64,000 nt of DNA from Chrysomallon squamiferum (GCA_012295275.1 CM022674.1:12958001-13022000), one strand, 5' to 3'. Shown: positions 42,846-59,121, numbered from the stretch's first letter. Made by a program: numbers and translations. Notes: generated from the sequence alone by a model not told the origin.

Positions 42846-43936
42846 CCTCTCTCTCTCTCTGTTGTTAATATATTTTTTTCCCCCTATTATAAAGAACGGG
42901 AGTAATTTTAACAGAAAATCTAATTTTATTTAAAATGAAAGTCATTTATTATATGGCACTGTGGCTTTTTGACCAGCACAGGGGCCGTGTTGTCTGAAAC
43001 GTAAAGTTTGGTCATCGTTTTAGAGTTACGGGTTAAGAAAGATCACCGTGAATTTCATTTGTTCCACACATAAACACACATAACACACACACACGCGCGC
43101 TCAAATGCATGCACATACAATCACATACACATAAACATACATGTACACCCACAGACACATAGACGCTTTCATAGACACACACAAACACACAGAGAAACAC
43201 AAACTCACACGGACACATAGACAAACAAATTCATACATATTTACACATACCCACAGGCATACACATATACACACAGAAACAAACAAAAAGATAAACTTCA
43301 AATATGTACGTACATATGTGCGTGCATGCATGCTAACACACATACGTACATATACATACAATCATGCACGCACATACACTGATGCACACACATACACACA
43401 TGCACACACATCTGTCCATAAATCCTTCTATTCCTGCATTAATTTATTTAAAAAACAGATGATTAAAATATTTCCTATTTTATTTTTTATTTAACATTTA
43501 ATTAACAAACAGAGAAGATTTTCAGTCTTACACACACGGGAAATATCGACAAACTGAGACCAGCGTGCACGTGAAAGTGCACCCAGAGTCAATTCTGACG
43601 TCTTCACATTTACTGTCAGAAATTAAGAAAGAAACAAACATTCCCGAAACTTTCAAATATTTGAACAACTAACTTTCAAGTGACGACGTAGTAGTGGGCG
43701 TGGCTTAGCTCCATTCAGATGTCAATCAAAGTGAAATAGACACGTGTGTGGTACATTTAATTAGTTACATTAGAAATCTAATTAAAGAAAGTCAGTCGAA
43801 ATTTTTATTATTTAATTTTATTTTATTTGTACTGACATTTAAAAGGATTTGGTAATTCCTTGGATGTTTTTCTTTTTGTTTTTACTATTCTTTTGATGTA
43901 AATTAATATTCTAAGTATAAAGATAGAATTTCTGTC

Positions 43937-44026
<90 letters not shown>

Positions 44027-44065
44027 GATATAGATTCTCTCTATCCCGAAGAAGACTTTCTCTCC

Positions 44066-44134
<69 letters not shown>

Positions 44135-44146
44135 TCTTTCTTTCTT

Positions 44147-44177
<31 letters not shown>

Positions 44178-45918
44178 CTCCCTTCTCTTGTCTCACTCCC
44201 TCCTTTCTCTTGTCTCATTCTCTCTTTCGCGATCAGTTTCTATCGTTTTTCTACATCTCTCCGCTTCTACTAATTGTTTTTTTTTCTCTCTCTCTCTACA
44301 TCTGTATCACATGCATCTCACCACTTCGACAGTTTCCCAATCTCCATTAATGCCGGATTTTCGTTTGATTCAGTTTGATACTTTCTCTCGCAAAAAGCTG
44401 ACGCAAGCCGCTATTTGAGCATCGTCTGTATCTTGTAATTCTAGTTAAATCAAAGAGGGAAGGCGCCGAGCCTTCGTCCTTCTCGAAACTTTATTCCAGG
44501 AGTAATTCAATTGGTAGGACTTTATTGATTTCCACCTAGGATTGATCAAATTTGTTCTCAAACGAAAGTGGAGGAAAAGAATGAAAAGAAAAAAGAAAAA
44601 AAAAAAAAAAAAAAAAAAAGGTATCCCAAACTTTTAAATTCTGTTTTTTGAAACAATATACCATCAGTTGGCTAACTGACTAAATTTCTTGTGACATGTC
44701 CTGACAAACCGAAGGAATTAAACTCAGCTTTTTTTTATTACTTTTTATAGATTTTTTTTTTTTTTTTTTTTTTTTTTGGTTTCCTTTTTCGTTTTTCTTC
44801 GGTTACTAAATCGAAAACAATTTGAATCCAAGACTCTTGTTTTGGAACGATGGCGAAAAGTCCGGGCTCGAATTTCCATTAAATAACTCGGCGAAGAGCA
44901 TCGACTGAAACGAAATCCTCAAAGTCGAAGAAAAATACAATTTCTCTGAGTGGTAGGAACTGAAAATGTTTGTCCAGGTCACAACACGAAAGGTAACCGA
45001 AAACCGCGCTCGCGTGCCGCCTCATTTGTTTTTCTTTCCGCGGGGTTACGTCAGAAGCGTATCGTGTGAGTACCAGTCGTGCTGTGACTTGGATTAGGGT
45101 CATGCGCAGTAGTTACCTGGGTCAGGAGAGCGAGAGAGATTAACGAGTTCTGTGACAGCTAAAATTTATTATTTTTCAATTTTTTTTTTATTATTATTAT
45201 TTTTTTTTTCTTCGCCTAAATTTGTTTTTATTGAATAAAACATGAAGGGACTGTAAGCGATACCAAGAAAAATAATTAATAAACTTTTAACTGTTTATAC
45301 AAATATCCAGACTTGACAAACAGAAAGATGGATATTCCTCTGTTCTCTCTGTCTTTTTATCTGTGTGTGTTTGTATGTATGTATGTACGTACGTATGTAT
45401 GTATGTATGTATGTACGTATGTATGTATGTACGCACTTGCATAGGAAATTCTTTTATTACTTAAACAAATTAATCATTTTCTAATTTTCACACATGTTTA
45501 AAATTACACTTTATAGAGCAAAAACTATTTTGAAAGTATCCTTTCCAAAAAAAATCTAAAAAAATATTGTGACATTTAATACAAATACCCTTCTAGAAAC
45601 CAATACCTTTGAAAAAAATCTATTTAAAACTATTTTAAACAGTATTCAGGAGAAATCTCTAAATCTGTAAAAAAACGTAACATTTCACAACAAGAAAAAC
45701 ATTCCAAAAAATTCGTAAAACATGACATATCCTTTAAAAAGGTCTTAAAACATTTCCGTAATTTTTATTGAATTATTTCGTAAATGCATTGGATAGGCAT
45801 ATTATTCCGAAAATCGCGTAGAGACTAAAATGTCTTTTAGACTTGGGTTTTTGCTGTGAGCTATGACGGGTATATATTCATGTACTTTGAGAATGTATTA
45901 CGAATTAAACTCTTAGAC

Positions 45919-46343
45919 CAGCGGTTCCCAACCTTTTTCGCTTCATGCCCCACCTCAACATCTAAAAATTGTTTACTGAGTTTTGTAAAAGTGTAATTAC
46001 TGTAACATAAAGTAGAACTCCTTTAATTAAACAAACCTAAAAATTAGGAAAACAATATTTTTTCTTCTAGTTTAAGTTCAACTCAACTCATCGAAGATGA
46101 AATATTTCACGTTAGTCATTTAGTGAGATCCCACTGCAGTTTGTAAATGATGACAGTTTGCGTAAGAGAACAGGTTTCACCAACCTTCTCGCTTCACGTG
46201 CATCAAAGATCTGTGACATGCAATGCAGCGATCATGAAAATCAACTCCAAAGTTGTAGGGCTGCCAGATACACGATAACTTGTAGACGAAGTATTATATC
46301 ACTTTCAAATTGCTCCCCATTATATAGAAATTGGGAATCACTG
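45919..46343. mobile_element. hAT (Charlie-like) non-autonomous element, 425 bp
   Basis: TIRs CAGCGGTTCCCAA ... TTGGGAATCACTG; 8-bp flanks TCTTAGAC / GCTTAAAC (6 of 8 identical, a decayed TSD). Confidence 0.7.
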
Positions 46344-48330
46344 GCTTAAACATAACTGTGTGTGTGTGTGTTCTATATATGTGTGGTTGTGAATATAGTT
46401 AAATATTAATTGTATTCACCAAGTAATGTATTATTTCACTCAATAACTCACTCACTGGACCATTTACACAGTAATAATCTGCCTATTTCCATTACAGTAC
46501 GTATACGTGTGTTTGTCTATTCACGAACACAAAACAACAAAACATCAAGAGCAAAAAAACACTTCAAAGAGCTTATATACACATTGTTTCACTTTGTCGC
46601 CAGTGGTCACGTGCTGGACACCTACTGCACGCAGCACGTGACATTTGCCGCGTTTTGTCGTACACTTTACGTTTCCTCGTCATCGTCGTTGTCGTGTTTG
46701 GTTCTCACGACGTTGTCAACATGCAAACATCTACGAACGTGATTTCTCTCCCTTGTTTTTTGCGTCCTAAACATGGCCGCATTTAACGTATGTATTTTAA
46801 TTTTTGTCTGTTTGGACAGTGCAAACAGTGCGACACACATTTTTAAAATGGGCAAATATAGGTCACGTGGCGTCACTTTTGAAATTTTCTTTGTTTGGTG
46901 TAGTTTTGTTGTGTATGTAAACTTAGAGGAAGAAAACATAAAAAATATGCTGGGAAACAGTTACCATCACAGAGAGAGGCAAACAGAAGGAGATAAACAG
47001 AAACAATAAATTTTGTGTATGCTTGTCCGTTTGAATGTTTGTCTGTCTTACAGCAATTTTGTGAGTTCGTCGCTTGTTGCGAATGAAAAATTGTCTTCGT
47101 TTTGTTATTATGACGTAAACAGTTTGACAGAAAGACAGACAGACAGAAAACTAAAACAACACATTCGCAGATGGATTGATGGAGAATGATAATATATGAA
47201 TGAATGTTTTAAGCATATTTTAATGTTATTATTTATTAGATAATATCTTTTCTGCATGTTGTGCTATAAGACAGGAAACAATCGGTAGCGAGATCTCTTC
47301 AATTATGCACCTTCCATAAAAAAAAAAAAAAAAACACAATGGACAAATACAAGCTGAGAAAACATAAACTGCAACGCATTTAATTCTGTGCACTTCTATT
47401 GCCTCTACTTTAGTTCATTTCGTCTATTCATGCACGTGAAGGTTACTTCTAATCCTTCATCACGTCTGCCGATCGGCTCACAAGCGCGCCATTTTCCACT
47501 GTCTCGTCTGCGTTCGTCTGAGTTTCGCGTCTGCTCGGAGAAGGCGCGTGCAGAGCCTCGAGACCGGAGTCCTCGCTGTCTTTATTTGCCGACAGAAGCA
47601 CGCGAAGCGACCCTCGTGTTAACAGCTACAGTTTCCCAAACATGATCGTCTGCATCCAAACACGAGTGACCGGGCGAGTTGCAGCTCGAGGGAGACTGAT
47701 CTGTTGACCGCGAGTAGAGTGAGCAGTTTATTCCACACGCTAACAAGCCGTCCGTACTCTCGGGTGGATACTTGACCGGTGTGCATGGCGATATTGATAC
47801 CTCTGTTCAAAGTGCCCGGGATATTGAAGTCGCTTGTGTCTGCCACGTGAGCCGACTTTGATGGAAAACATCGGAGTCTGGGATCGCTTACAGACTTGTA
47901 CTCAGACAAGTACTTCACACACTCGTAGACAATTCACGTCCTTCTTATTCCCCTTGGTTTACGATTGTATATCGTTCGTTTTACACGTTTTCTCTTTGTT
48001 TTGTTCATTTATATATCTTCTTCTCATGCTTCATCCCATGCTCCTTTTATTTTATTTATTATTTTTTTTTTTTTTAGCACTCAGTTGTCTTTCCTTTCTA
48101 CTTCGCCTTTGTTTTTATTTTACATTCACGCACGAACACACACATACACACACAGACGTACCGACAAAGTTTTATAAATTCCAAGAACGTCTAGGTTTAA
48201 GCTCAGAAACATAAGAAAAATCCTAAATTTCTAAAAACTTTGCCTTTCGTTCAAACTGTGATTGAAATTAAATCGGCTTTTTTTTTTTTTTTTTTTTTTA
48301 ATGCTATGTCAATTCTGTTAACCAAATATC

Positions 48331-48364
<34 letters not shown>

Positions 48365-49149
48365 CATTCAGCAGTTGAAATATTTGTTCAATTTTGGAGA
48401 GAAAAAAAAAAAAAAAAATCAATCTTCCCTTATGGCTAGTTGAAGATAAAGTTGTTCATTTTTCTAAAGAAAATGTGAGTGTTGGCGAATAAATGAGAAT
48501 TGTATTCAACTTGTTTTCACTCGATGCCTGTTTGCTGTTGCATGTAAATCCACTGACCCCAGGCCGTTCGGAAACGGCGCGGCGTAACAATTACTGCAAA
48601 ATCAGTCTACGTGCTCACAATCTGCCGTTTACTTTTCTCTCTGATTAGCGGACACGTCCTGTTGCGCACGCGGAACATCGATGATCACAAGGAAGACAAG
48701 ACAAATACCGCGAAGAACCGCAAACTGGAGAATTCTTCATTCGGTGTCCAAAATGAATACACGCTCACGGAGTTCAAACAAGAATGGTCGCTGCTGGTTT
48801 CGGTTGTTTGCTGTACATGACTGTTGCTTCATGCGACCGCGCTGTAATTAGGCGGAGGGAGACGGCGGTAAATTGCCGGAAGGAAGGATTCTGTGGTGCT
48901 GTTCCCATGTTGTTAAGAACGAATTGTTCAGTGTTTACTTCGTTAGAGCCGATTTCGTTGGATGCCTGTAATTGAGAGCAGAAAACGAAAATAACAAAAA
49001 AAGGAAAAAGGACCAACGTTTTTGATAATGTGCCTCGTTTTGGTACAGATTTTTCTTCTCGTTTGCAAACCTAATAAAATGTTGGTGAATAATGTTTTTT
49101 GTTGTTGTGTTATTTTTTTTTGGGGGGGTAATCAAAAATATTGGTTAAC

Positions 49150-49216
<67 letters not shown>

Positions 49217-50369
49217 TTATTAGTATTAGTATTAGTGTTATATATATTTGCTATTAGATGTTTAACTCTGTTTTATTTAACCTTTTTACAGTTTTCTAAG
49301 ATTCATTTTATTTCTTTTAAATTTTTATTTTATGATTAGTTTATTGAAGAAACTATGTAACAAGGGAATGAAAATAAGAAATAATTGTCTGTTTTAATTT
49401 GCGGGACAGAAATAACACGGCCATTTTTATAACGCGTCTTGTTGTAACGTTTCCATCACGGGGAATCGAGTTTTATTTCGTATCTATCATTTCTAGGTAA
49501 CGAACCGATACGTGTGTTTATCGCGGCAGAGCACGGCGTTATTTATGACAACGTTAATGAAACTTGAAGTCTCGATGTGCAATCTGTAAAGAAAGAAAAA
49601 AAAAAAAATGAATAGAAATCGATAGAAACTCGAGACACATTTTCGGATCTATTCGTCAACGTTCGCAATATATGTCACCGGGGAATTCGGTTCGGTTCTG
49701 ATTTTCTTTGCAAAACGGAGACGTAAATTTAGCAGCGAATTGTTTTCGATCAATCCTTTCTAACAAGAGATGTATAAAATGCAATATCTTATAATTATTG
49801 TACACGACCAATTACTTCGTGTGAATGAATGAAACGCGTCCGTTGAATGGTCAGGCTGCCCGCAGCTGCGAATTAAACTCTCGCGAGATGTAAACATCCA
49901 ATATATTTTGTGCAACCGTGTTTTTCTGTTATGTTGCGCTGCTGTATAAATGGCCGCGATGGTAAAGCTTCATAGATCAAGTACTTGACAGCCAGTCTAT
50001 GTGTCTGTGCTGTATTATTGATCGTTATTTACGGTGATATATTATTATTTCGCGAAACTGAAAAAAAAAAAAAAAAAAAAAAAAAAAGAATTTTTTTTGA
50101 AAGTCTTTCTGTTCCGTGGCGAATACGAATGTTAAAGTTTGTGAAGAATTAAGTTACCAGACTGTTTTATTGGTAGGGAATAATGGAACCGATTGATGAG
50201 TGAGTGAGTGAGTGAATGAATGAATGAATGAATGAGTAAAGGATGGAGGAAATGATTCAGTCAGTGTATGGGTGTCTATAGGAAAATAAACAGATGAAGA
50301 AATGGGCAGTGAATATGTATATAAATGAATGGTCTAGTACAGTGAATGAGCATGGAAATCAAATGTGAG

Positions 50370-50555
50370 GAATTTAATTAGTAAATGAATGAATTAGTAA
50401 GTTAGTGAAATGGTGACTGAATTAGAAAGTGAATTACTAAGTGAATTAGTAAATTAGTGACTGAATTAGTAAGTTGGTGAATTAGTGAGTGAATTACTAA
50501 GGAATTAGTAAATTAGTGACTGAATTAATATGTGAGTGAGTTAGTAAGCTAGTAA
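50370..50555. repeat. Degenerate short-period (about 8-12 bp) tandem repeat
   Basis: Recurrent TGAATTAGTAA / AATTAGTGA units. Confidence 0.7.
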
Positions 50556-53500
50556 AAATAGATGAGTCAATAGTATGAAAACATTAAAAGAAATAAACAA
50601 TTAACTAATTTCTACAGCTGTATTAATGAATAATATTTCAAAATTCGAATAATAAAAACATCTGGGACATTTAATTTGAGTATTTACGGTACCGATATAC
50701 GAAAGCTTCATTTGCAGTCTACAAACTTTTTTATTATACTCCAATGATTAAAAATATTATTTCATCAACAGATCCGCCACGTTTCTCAGATAAAAAACCC
50801 ACAGCAGGCGTGCATGGACGTTTTAATGAATATAACTAAATGTCAACGGCTGAATGGTTAAACGTGGAAATTAATTAAAGTGGCTCTCTCAACAAACCTT
50901 TCACCTACATCACACGTTAGAACAGAATAAACATAGATCTTGGTGCGCCGGTGTTTACGTAACTTCAGCTGACGTAGCTGGTAATGACGTCTGAGTAAAC
51001 AGGAATGTCGTAGAGAAAGTTTGAAAAATGAAGTGGAGAGGCTAGAGTCCTGAAGAAAGACTTCCATTATGATAAATTGGCTTTTTTTTTTTTTTTTTCA
51101 AAAGTTTATTTTGTAACAAGATGCATCCAGAGAATGAGGCGAAAATGTATTTTAAAAAAATTAAGAAAAGAAATAAAATACGACTGAAGCATCTTATTTT
51201 CACGAAAACAAAGAAGTGACGTTAAGGTCAAGTAGATCGAAAATCATCTGTTTCCGTGCAACTAGTTTTGGCAGGGGGAAGTCACAAATGATAAAATCTG
51301 TTGTTCTGTACGCTGGACACAAAGTTTCTTGTAAAATCTACACCCAAAAATCGAAAAAAAAAAAAAAAAAAAAATCAACAAACAAATCTGATGATATATC
51401 CATAAAAAAATCCCTGAATATGATTATATTAAAAAGTAAAATAAAAATAAAATGAACGAACGAGCGAACAAGGAAAGAAAACAATAGACTAAAGCTAACA
51501 GTACATACTAAATCACTATAACAAACTATCTTTACATTTGAACTGGAAATAATTCTAACAGACTGCTCTGACTATAATAGATATAACTTTAATAAACAAT
51601 TTCTCTAACCGTGGCTGACACTGCAAATAACCTTACCAGACTGTACACTTTGCCAAACAGTACGCTTTAAATCAGTCTATTAAACCAGACACGAGATGGA
51701 GGTTGGAACGGGAAAAAATGCCTAACAAAACGCGGTTTTCGCAGTTTCGGTGTTTGGGCTGTGAGTTGATTAAAGACACTGAAAACTGGTGATGACGAGA
51801 TCCGCAGACAAATAAATCATCTTCTGTTCTCCTAGGTCTTCGTTCTCGTCTGCTGTCATTACGTGGCGGGATATCTCGCGTGACGACACGTGACTCGGGT
51901 CATAATTCAATTCTCGCGCACCAAGCGCTGACACCGACCAGAGAGACACGAGGGTAGTGGGGGGGGGTGTAGAGAGAGAAAGTAACCCAAGTACGTCAAG
52001 TATTCTCAAACCATCGGCCGTTTGCTGTGACACAGAGTTGACTTTAATTTAATTCATTTATTTCACACAGTCTCTGAAGGAAGTCTCACAAAAAAAAAAA
52101 AAAAAAAAAAATTCTTGGATTATCTCCCCTGCGACTGGTTCTCACGTCCCGCGTTATAAGTACCCTCATAACTGTTACGCTGCTGAACGTTGAGTCGTTT
52201 TAGTTTTCACGAGAGATGATGTGGAATTAAGTTTTTTTTTTTTAAATGGTTTCATTTGATATAATTAAATTATATCTGATTACGACAATTTTTGAATGAA
52301 AAAGACAGAAAGAAAGAAAAAAAAATCTTTATCCGAAAATAAAATAAAAGCTTAAGAGATAAGGGGAAAGAAGATTTTGAAAAATGGGAGACTGACTCAA
52401 ACTGGAATTGGTTTCTGAACGAAGCAGGATTTTCTTCATTGTCTCAGAATTTTAATTCTATTATGAAATGAAGACCCTGAAAAAGAAAAGAAGAAGAAGT
52501 TGATTACCTCCCGCTATGTAGAAGAAAATGCGATAATAACTCAAATAAACCGAAACCGGTTTCAGAGTGTAAACGCTTTTCCGCTGTTGTTTAATCATTT
52601 CATTCTACAAGAAGATGAAAACCTTTATGAAAGTTGATTATCTTCTGCTGCCGAATATCGTGAGAATTTATTTTTAAAAACGAGAGTGATGGGAACTCCA
52701 AGTGCACTCGAGATGAATTCTGGGAACGATTTTTCAAATACATCAGTTCTGAAGTACTTAAAAATTCTCCTGAAAGCCCGTGAAACCTATAAAATGACAG
52801 ACAAATATTTGGACGGACGACTGAATGGCGGTTTCAACGCATGTCGTTCAAATCCAATTAGTTTTGTTGAAAACCAGCGGAGTCTAGAAATAAACCACGT
52901 GTCTGATTCAACTAGTTACATTACACATTCAGAGAAAACCAGCATGAAAGCAACACAATAAAAAAACAAAAACAATAAATAAACAAACAAATAAATAGTG
53001 TCATCCTTTCTCATTATTTCTTTTTCTTTCTCTCTCTTCCACTTTCTCTTTCCTTCTTTCTTTCACCATCACATTTTCCTTCTATTTCTTTCTTTCTTTT
53101 ATTTTCTTTTATTTCTTACATTCTCTCTCTCCATCACAACATATTAGCGTAGCTCCTGATTTTTTTTTCCCCTTATTTCCTTAACATACGACGTGATTTT
53201 TATTTCGTTTCAAACATTTTTTTTATTAACCTAGGAATCTTGTTACCACCTCGGTTATTGCTGCTGACGACGTTGACATCAATCGAATTCCCATTTCATA
53301 TTCCTTACGCAAATAAAAAATATTTTTGTCAATAGATTGAGAACAGTTTTCACGTTCCGTATTTGTCCGAGTGGTTGTATTCAAACAGTATTTCTTGAAC
53401 TCTTTTGAAAACTGTCAACAAGACCTGACAAGAGGTGGCCTTGCATACAACCGCAAGGGAGAAAAAAAAAAAAAAAAAAAAATTAAAAAAAATAAAAGAA

Positions 53501-53624
53501 TAAAAAAATAGATGAGAAAAACTACGTTTAAGGAAGAAAATCCGATTTTACTGAAACGGAAATGATTGTATTTATGTATGTTTCTTCGCTTGTTTGGTAC
53601 GGTTTATTTTTAATTTAATGTAAT

Positions 53625-53691
<67 letters not shown>

Positions 53692-53695
53692 TTTG

Positions 53696-53744
<49 letters not shown>

Positions 53745-53944
53745 TTTATGGTTTTTTATTATTATTATTATTATTTTTTAGACATGTTCGAGATGACAAC
53801 AAGATTTCTGGAGATATTTTATTCTTTTATTTATCTTTTTGGTTTTCTTCTCATTTTTTTCACTCCCTCTTCATTTTATTTCGTGTCTTTTATGCCTTCT
53901 TTTTTTTCTTTTATTTCTTCTTCTTCTTCTTCTTCTTATTATTA

Positions 53945-54001
<57 letters not shown>

Positions 54002-54014
54002 CCCTCTCAATCTC

Positions 54015-54131
<117 letters not shown>

Positions 54132-54892
54132 CCTTTCTCTATTATCTTTTTTTTAAATTTTATTTTCCTGTATAACCTTTCAAATCTAAAGACGATCTGC
54201 TTTTTAAACTTTACATTACTTGATCATCTTCGCCCTTTTCGTTTTTAATAAACCTTCTCAAAACACTGACAGCTTGCGTTTATCCCAGAAGAAATATGAT
54301 GAAAGGACGCTTAGCATGCACGATCACGTTTTAATCGCGTATGTTTGGCTTAATTTAAATAAAAGATTGCACTTTCATTTCAAAAAATCCCTAACCGTCT
54401 TTCGTCTGCCCAAAGAGAATCGTTAACTGGTACCAAAACCCGCGCATTTAGAGTCGGCATAATTAGTTTCGTATGAAAATTCGGAGATAAATGCGCCGTC
54501 TAGTCAAATAATGTAAAGTCATATCTCTAATTTTGTTTTCCTTTATTTGTTGGGTAAATTTTACTCGACCTTATGATCAGCGCACGATTTTTGACTTCCA
54601 GCGAAAATTACGAACGTGCGGCTAAGAATGCGCGAGACTAAAAGATCGGCCAATTAGGATATTGCTCGTGCGAAGGAAATGAAAAAAAAAAAAGGAGCGC
54701 CACGAAGTGATTTCTGCTTCTGTTAATGGAAATGATGGGACAATCGGAATGTGCTCGTCCTCTCATTGGCTGACAATCGCTTTCTCGTTATTTGATTGGT
54801 CTAATTGCTTCTTTGGTTCTGTCAGTGCCAAGATCAGTAATTGCTTGTGCTGGAAATGATCGCTAACCTTTCACTTTGGTAGGATTTGGAGA

Positions 54893-54930
<38 letters not shown>

Positions 54931-55228
54931 TGTTATGATTTTTATGATTATCTTAAGTTTTATTGTTTTGTTTATTTAAATTTGTATCGTGTGTGTGTTT
55001 GTTGTGTATTTGCAAATGTCTGACAGACTGCAAAATATTGGCTTCTCAATCGTATACTCTCTCTCTCCCTCTGCATCTGTCTCTGTCTATCTGTCGACAG
55101 AGTCTATATGTTTGTCTCTGTCTCATTCTAACTCCTCTCTGTTTCTGTGTTTATCTCTTTATCTCCTACTTTTTCTTTAGCAGTAAATGGGATATGTAAT
55201 ACGGATGTTCGTAAATAAGTCTTAAACC

Positions 55229-55342
<114 letters not shown>

Positions 55343-56678
55343 ACTTTCTCCCTCTCTCTATCTCCCCCTCTCTCTCTCCCTCCCTCCCTCTCTCTCTCTC
55401 TTTCTCTCAAACGTCACTTCATCAATCATTTACATAACACGTGCATGAATATACCATAATTACGTTCATACAATATTTCTCTTTCAACACGAAACGTCAA
55501 AAAAACACAACAACACAGACGAACGCTTTAATAATATTATGTTTCGGCTGACTGGCAGTGTCTCAGGAATACATCTCTGTATACGTCTACTGTTCTAATC
55601 CTGTCGTGAGCTACCCTTATTCACTGAAACATCGCTCATCACAAAACTATTATTACAGAACAGAACGCGTCTCTCGTTGGACATGTTTATCATTCCGTTG
55701 TCGTCGGCGTGAAATGAGAATCGTAGACGTCTAACAAGAGTAAGAAAAGATGTTGAAGAAAATCTGAACAGAGTGAGTGCAACACAGAAGCGGAATGCAA
55801 GGGTGTGTGTGTGTGTGAAAAACGTGTGTGTTGATAATAGTTGTTGAAGACAGCATAGGAGGTTAGGAGAAAGTATGGTTAGGCGTTTGATGAATGCATG
55901 AATGAATGAATAAATGAATGAATAGTTAAAAAAGGCAACAATTATAATAGATATAGTATCATAATCAACATAATAATAGTAATAAATAAACAACAATAAT
56001 ATGAATGTTAACTGAAATATTGATGAAATAATAATAACAACAACAACAACAACACCATACAGTAGTGTTTTGAACGTGTGTAACGGAGTTGTCTAGAATA
56101 CATCTGGAAAACTGATGGAAAAAAACCCCTGATGACGTAATCCAGAAATCATCAGAAGGGATGAAAAGAAAATATTAACACAAAGGAAAGACTGAACTGT
56201 TTTGTGAGTACATTGTAAGATGGTGATAGGGAAGATCTTTAGATTAAAAACAGACGGAAGATGAGGGTAAGAATGACAGAGTAAAACAGAGACGCGGTAA
56301 CTGGAAGATTCTAGAAGGGACTAGAAGTAAACATGAAGCAGGCTGATGAAATGAGAATGCAAGAGGTAATCTGGAATGGTCATAGAGGGAAAGAACATAT
56401 TGGGAATGACCAGGATGTGAACATAAATAGATGACGTAATTTTAAAAATCAATCTGAGCGTCACTTATACAGTTTTTGAGTCGTGCATTGCTCAGAAATA
56501 AGAAAATAAAGTAGAGTGAATGGGAAATAGTCCAAAATCAGGGGGAATAACTCTATATCGGTTTTTTCTTCAGCTGCTTTTAACTGTGATCGCGCACATT
56601 CATACGGATGTACGGACTCACAACATAAATAGATGAAAATATTTATTATTAATAAAGCAAACAAAACAAAAAGTCAAT

Positions 56679-56767
56679 TCCCGCGAACCGGATTCGAACC
56701 AGTGACCTAAGGATAGCTTTGTATAAACCTCTACAGTCCTCCGCTCTACCAACTGAGCTATCACGGG
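56679..56767 (-). tRNA. tRNA-Tyr(GUA) with intron, CCCGTGA type
   Basis: Complete gene. Confidence 0.95.
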
Positions 56768-57226
56768 ATGATATGTGAAAGTTAAATTCATGATGTGAAA
56801 TAAAATATATTAATTACTTACGAGTCAAAAGGTGAAATTGTGGTGTCAAAGGTTGCTTGTCCTGAGGTCAAATTGAACAGGAAGTATTCGTCACGTTTGT
56901 CAACCCTTTCTGATTAATTTTTTATTTTTTATTTTTTATTTTTTAAAAGCATAATTAAAATGGAAAAAAAAAAAAAAAAAAAAAAAAGATATGTATAAAT
57001 ACAATAACTGAATTCATGATAAATTGTTAATAATTTCATTGGTTTATGTTTTATTTTCGTTATTTTCATTTTGGCTCGGCTCTGTTCCGCTTGTAGGAAA
57101 AATATTTAGGTAGAGACACAAGATCTATAAAATGTTCATACATAAATACATTTGAACAGTAAATAAAATATATATATATAGATAGCTACAGTGAGGCAAT
57201 GAAGATTATAGGCGAAAAACAATAAA

Positions 57227-57288
<62 letters not shown>

Positions 57289-57357
57289 AACTGAAATTTC
57301 AATGATCCCAACATATCTGAAAAATGTTTAGAAAGGAAGAAATAATAAAATATATTT

Positions 57358-57446
57358 TCCCGCGAACCGGATTCGAACCAGTGACCTAAGGATAGCTTTG
57401 TATAAACCTCTACAGTCCTCCGCTCTACCAACTGAGCTATCGAGGG
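57358..57446 (-). tRNA. tRNA-Tyr(GUA) with intron, CCCTCGA type
   Basis: Complete gene. Confidence 0.92.
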
Positions 57447-57586
57447 ATAAGAAACTAAATATCCAAAATTCAGACCAAATGAAACTGGTATGAATTCTGA
57501 TTACGTAATCTGGCTGGTCAGAGGTCATAACCCCGAGGGCAGATTGTACAGCATCAAATTACAACAATCATGGTCCAGCAACCGCC

Positions 57587-57702
<116 letters not shown>

Positions 57703-59043
57703 TCTCACATTCTCTCTTTCATAAAGTGTGTATCTTTACATAATAAAGTGAATACTTAGTCAGACAACTTTTTGAAACAGATCTGTTAACGAGTGAATTA
57801 CTTTATGTAATGCTTCTCTGAAATATCCGCTATTCCCAGGACATCATTAACTGTCAAAATTACAAAATGTCGTTTTTCTTTTTCTTTTCTTAAATAAAAC
57901 TATGACTCAAATAAATTTAAAAAATAAAAAAATATAAAAAATATAAAAAAAATATTCTGAGTAATACCAGATGCGTCTATAAATAACTTGAGTGGAAAAG
58001 AAGTGAAAAAAGCAACAACAACAACAAGGAAGTGAAATACATACATACATACATACACATACATACATACATACATACATACATACATACATACATACAT
58101 ACATACGTACATGTATGCATGCACACACACATGCATTCATTCATTCATGCAAATACATACATATACAAACGTATAGAAAGAAAGAAAGAAAAGGATAAAT
58201 CTTTTTTTAAAAAGGACAAAAATGATCAAAGATGAAAGATGAAAAGAAAAATGAAAGAATGAAAGAAAGAAAAAGTGGAGGAAAGAAAAAGAAGAAGAAA
58301 AAAAAAACGGACAGATGAAAATCGCGGACTGTGTATCTTTTTTTATAACTACCCGAAGTTTTTTTTTTTTTTTTTTTCGTTTCGTTTGAAGCTCAAATTA
58401 CGTAACACACTTTTCACGGTTGATTTCGTTTCACTCACTTATTACCGATTACGTTAATACGTCAGAAACACAAACGTGTCACATGACATTACCGTCAGGA
58501 GTCCGTGATGTCACAAAGCATCAAATTACGCTTACGTCATTTTATCCGACTATTTTTTTTTTATTTTTTTTTTTTTTTTTATATTTTTGTTCTCAGTTCC
58601 CGTAATACGCTAATATATTTTTTTGCCTTGTGGGAAATTACAGCTGCTAATATCACAGCATGAGTTTAACGAGATAATAAGATACACTGGTCCACAGTCT
58701 ACTGCTTAGGGCTTGAATATAAAATGGGCAAATTAAGCGCAGCTAATAAATTGATCAGTCGTATGATAGTTTGTGACAGTCGATCACTGGAATTTGTCAA
58801 AACTGTACGTTAACTTTATATGAAATGGGATTTAAGTCAAAAAAGAAAAAATAGAAAAAAAAAAAAAAAAAAAAAAGAAAAAAGAAAAAATATAAGAAAA
58901 AGGAAGAAAGACAGAAAAAGGGGTGAAAAAGGAAAAAGATAGAAAGAAAGAAAATGAAAATCAATTTTTGTATCTTTATTCTGTAATCTGAGGTTATTTT
59001 TCTTTTAAAAAGAGTAACGATACTTTTTATATTACTACTAGAT

Positions 59044-59121
<78 letters not shown>

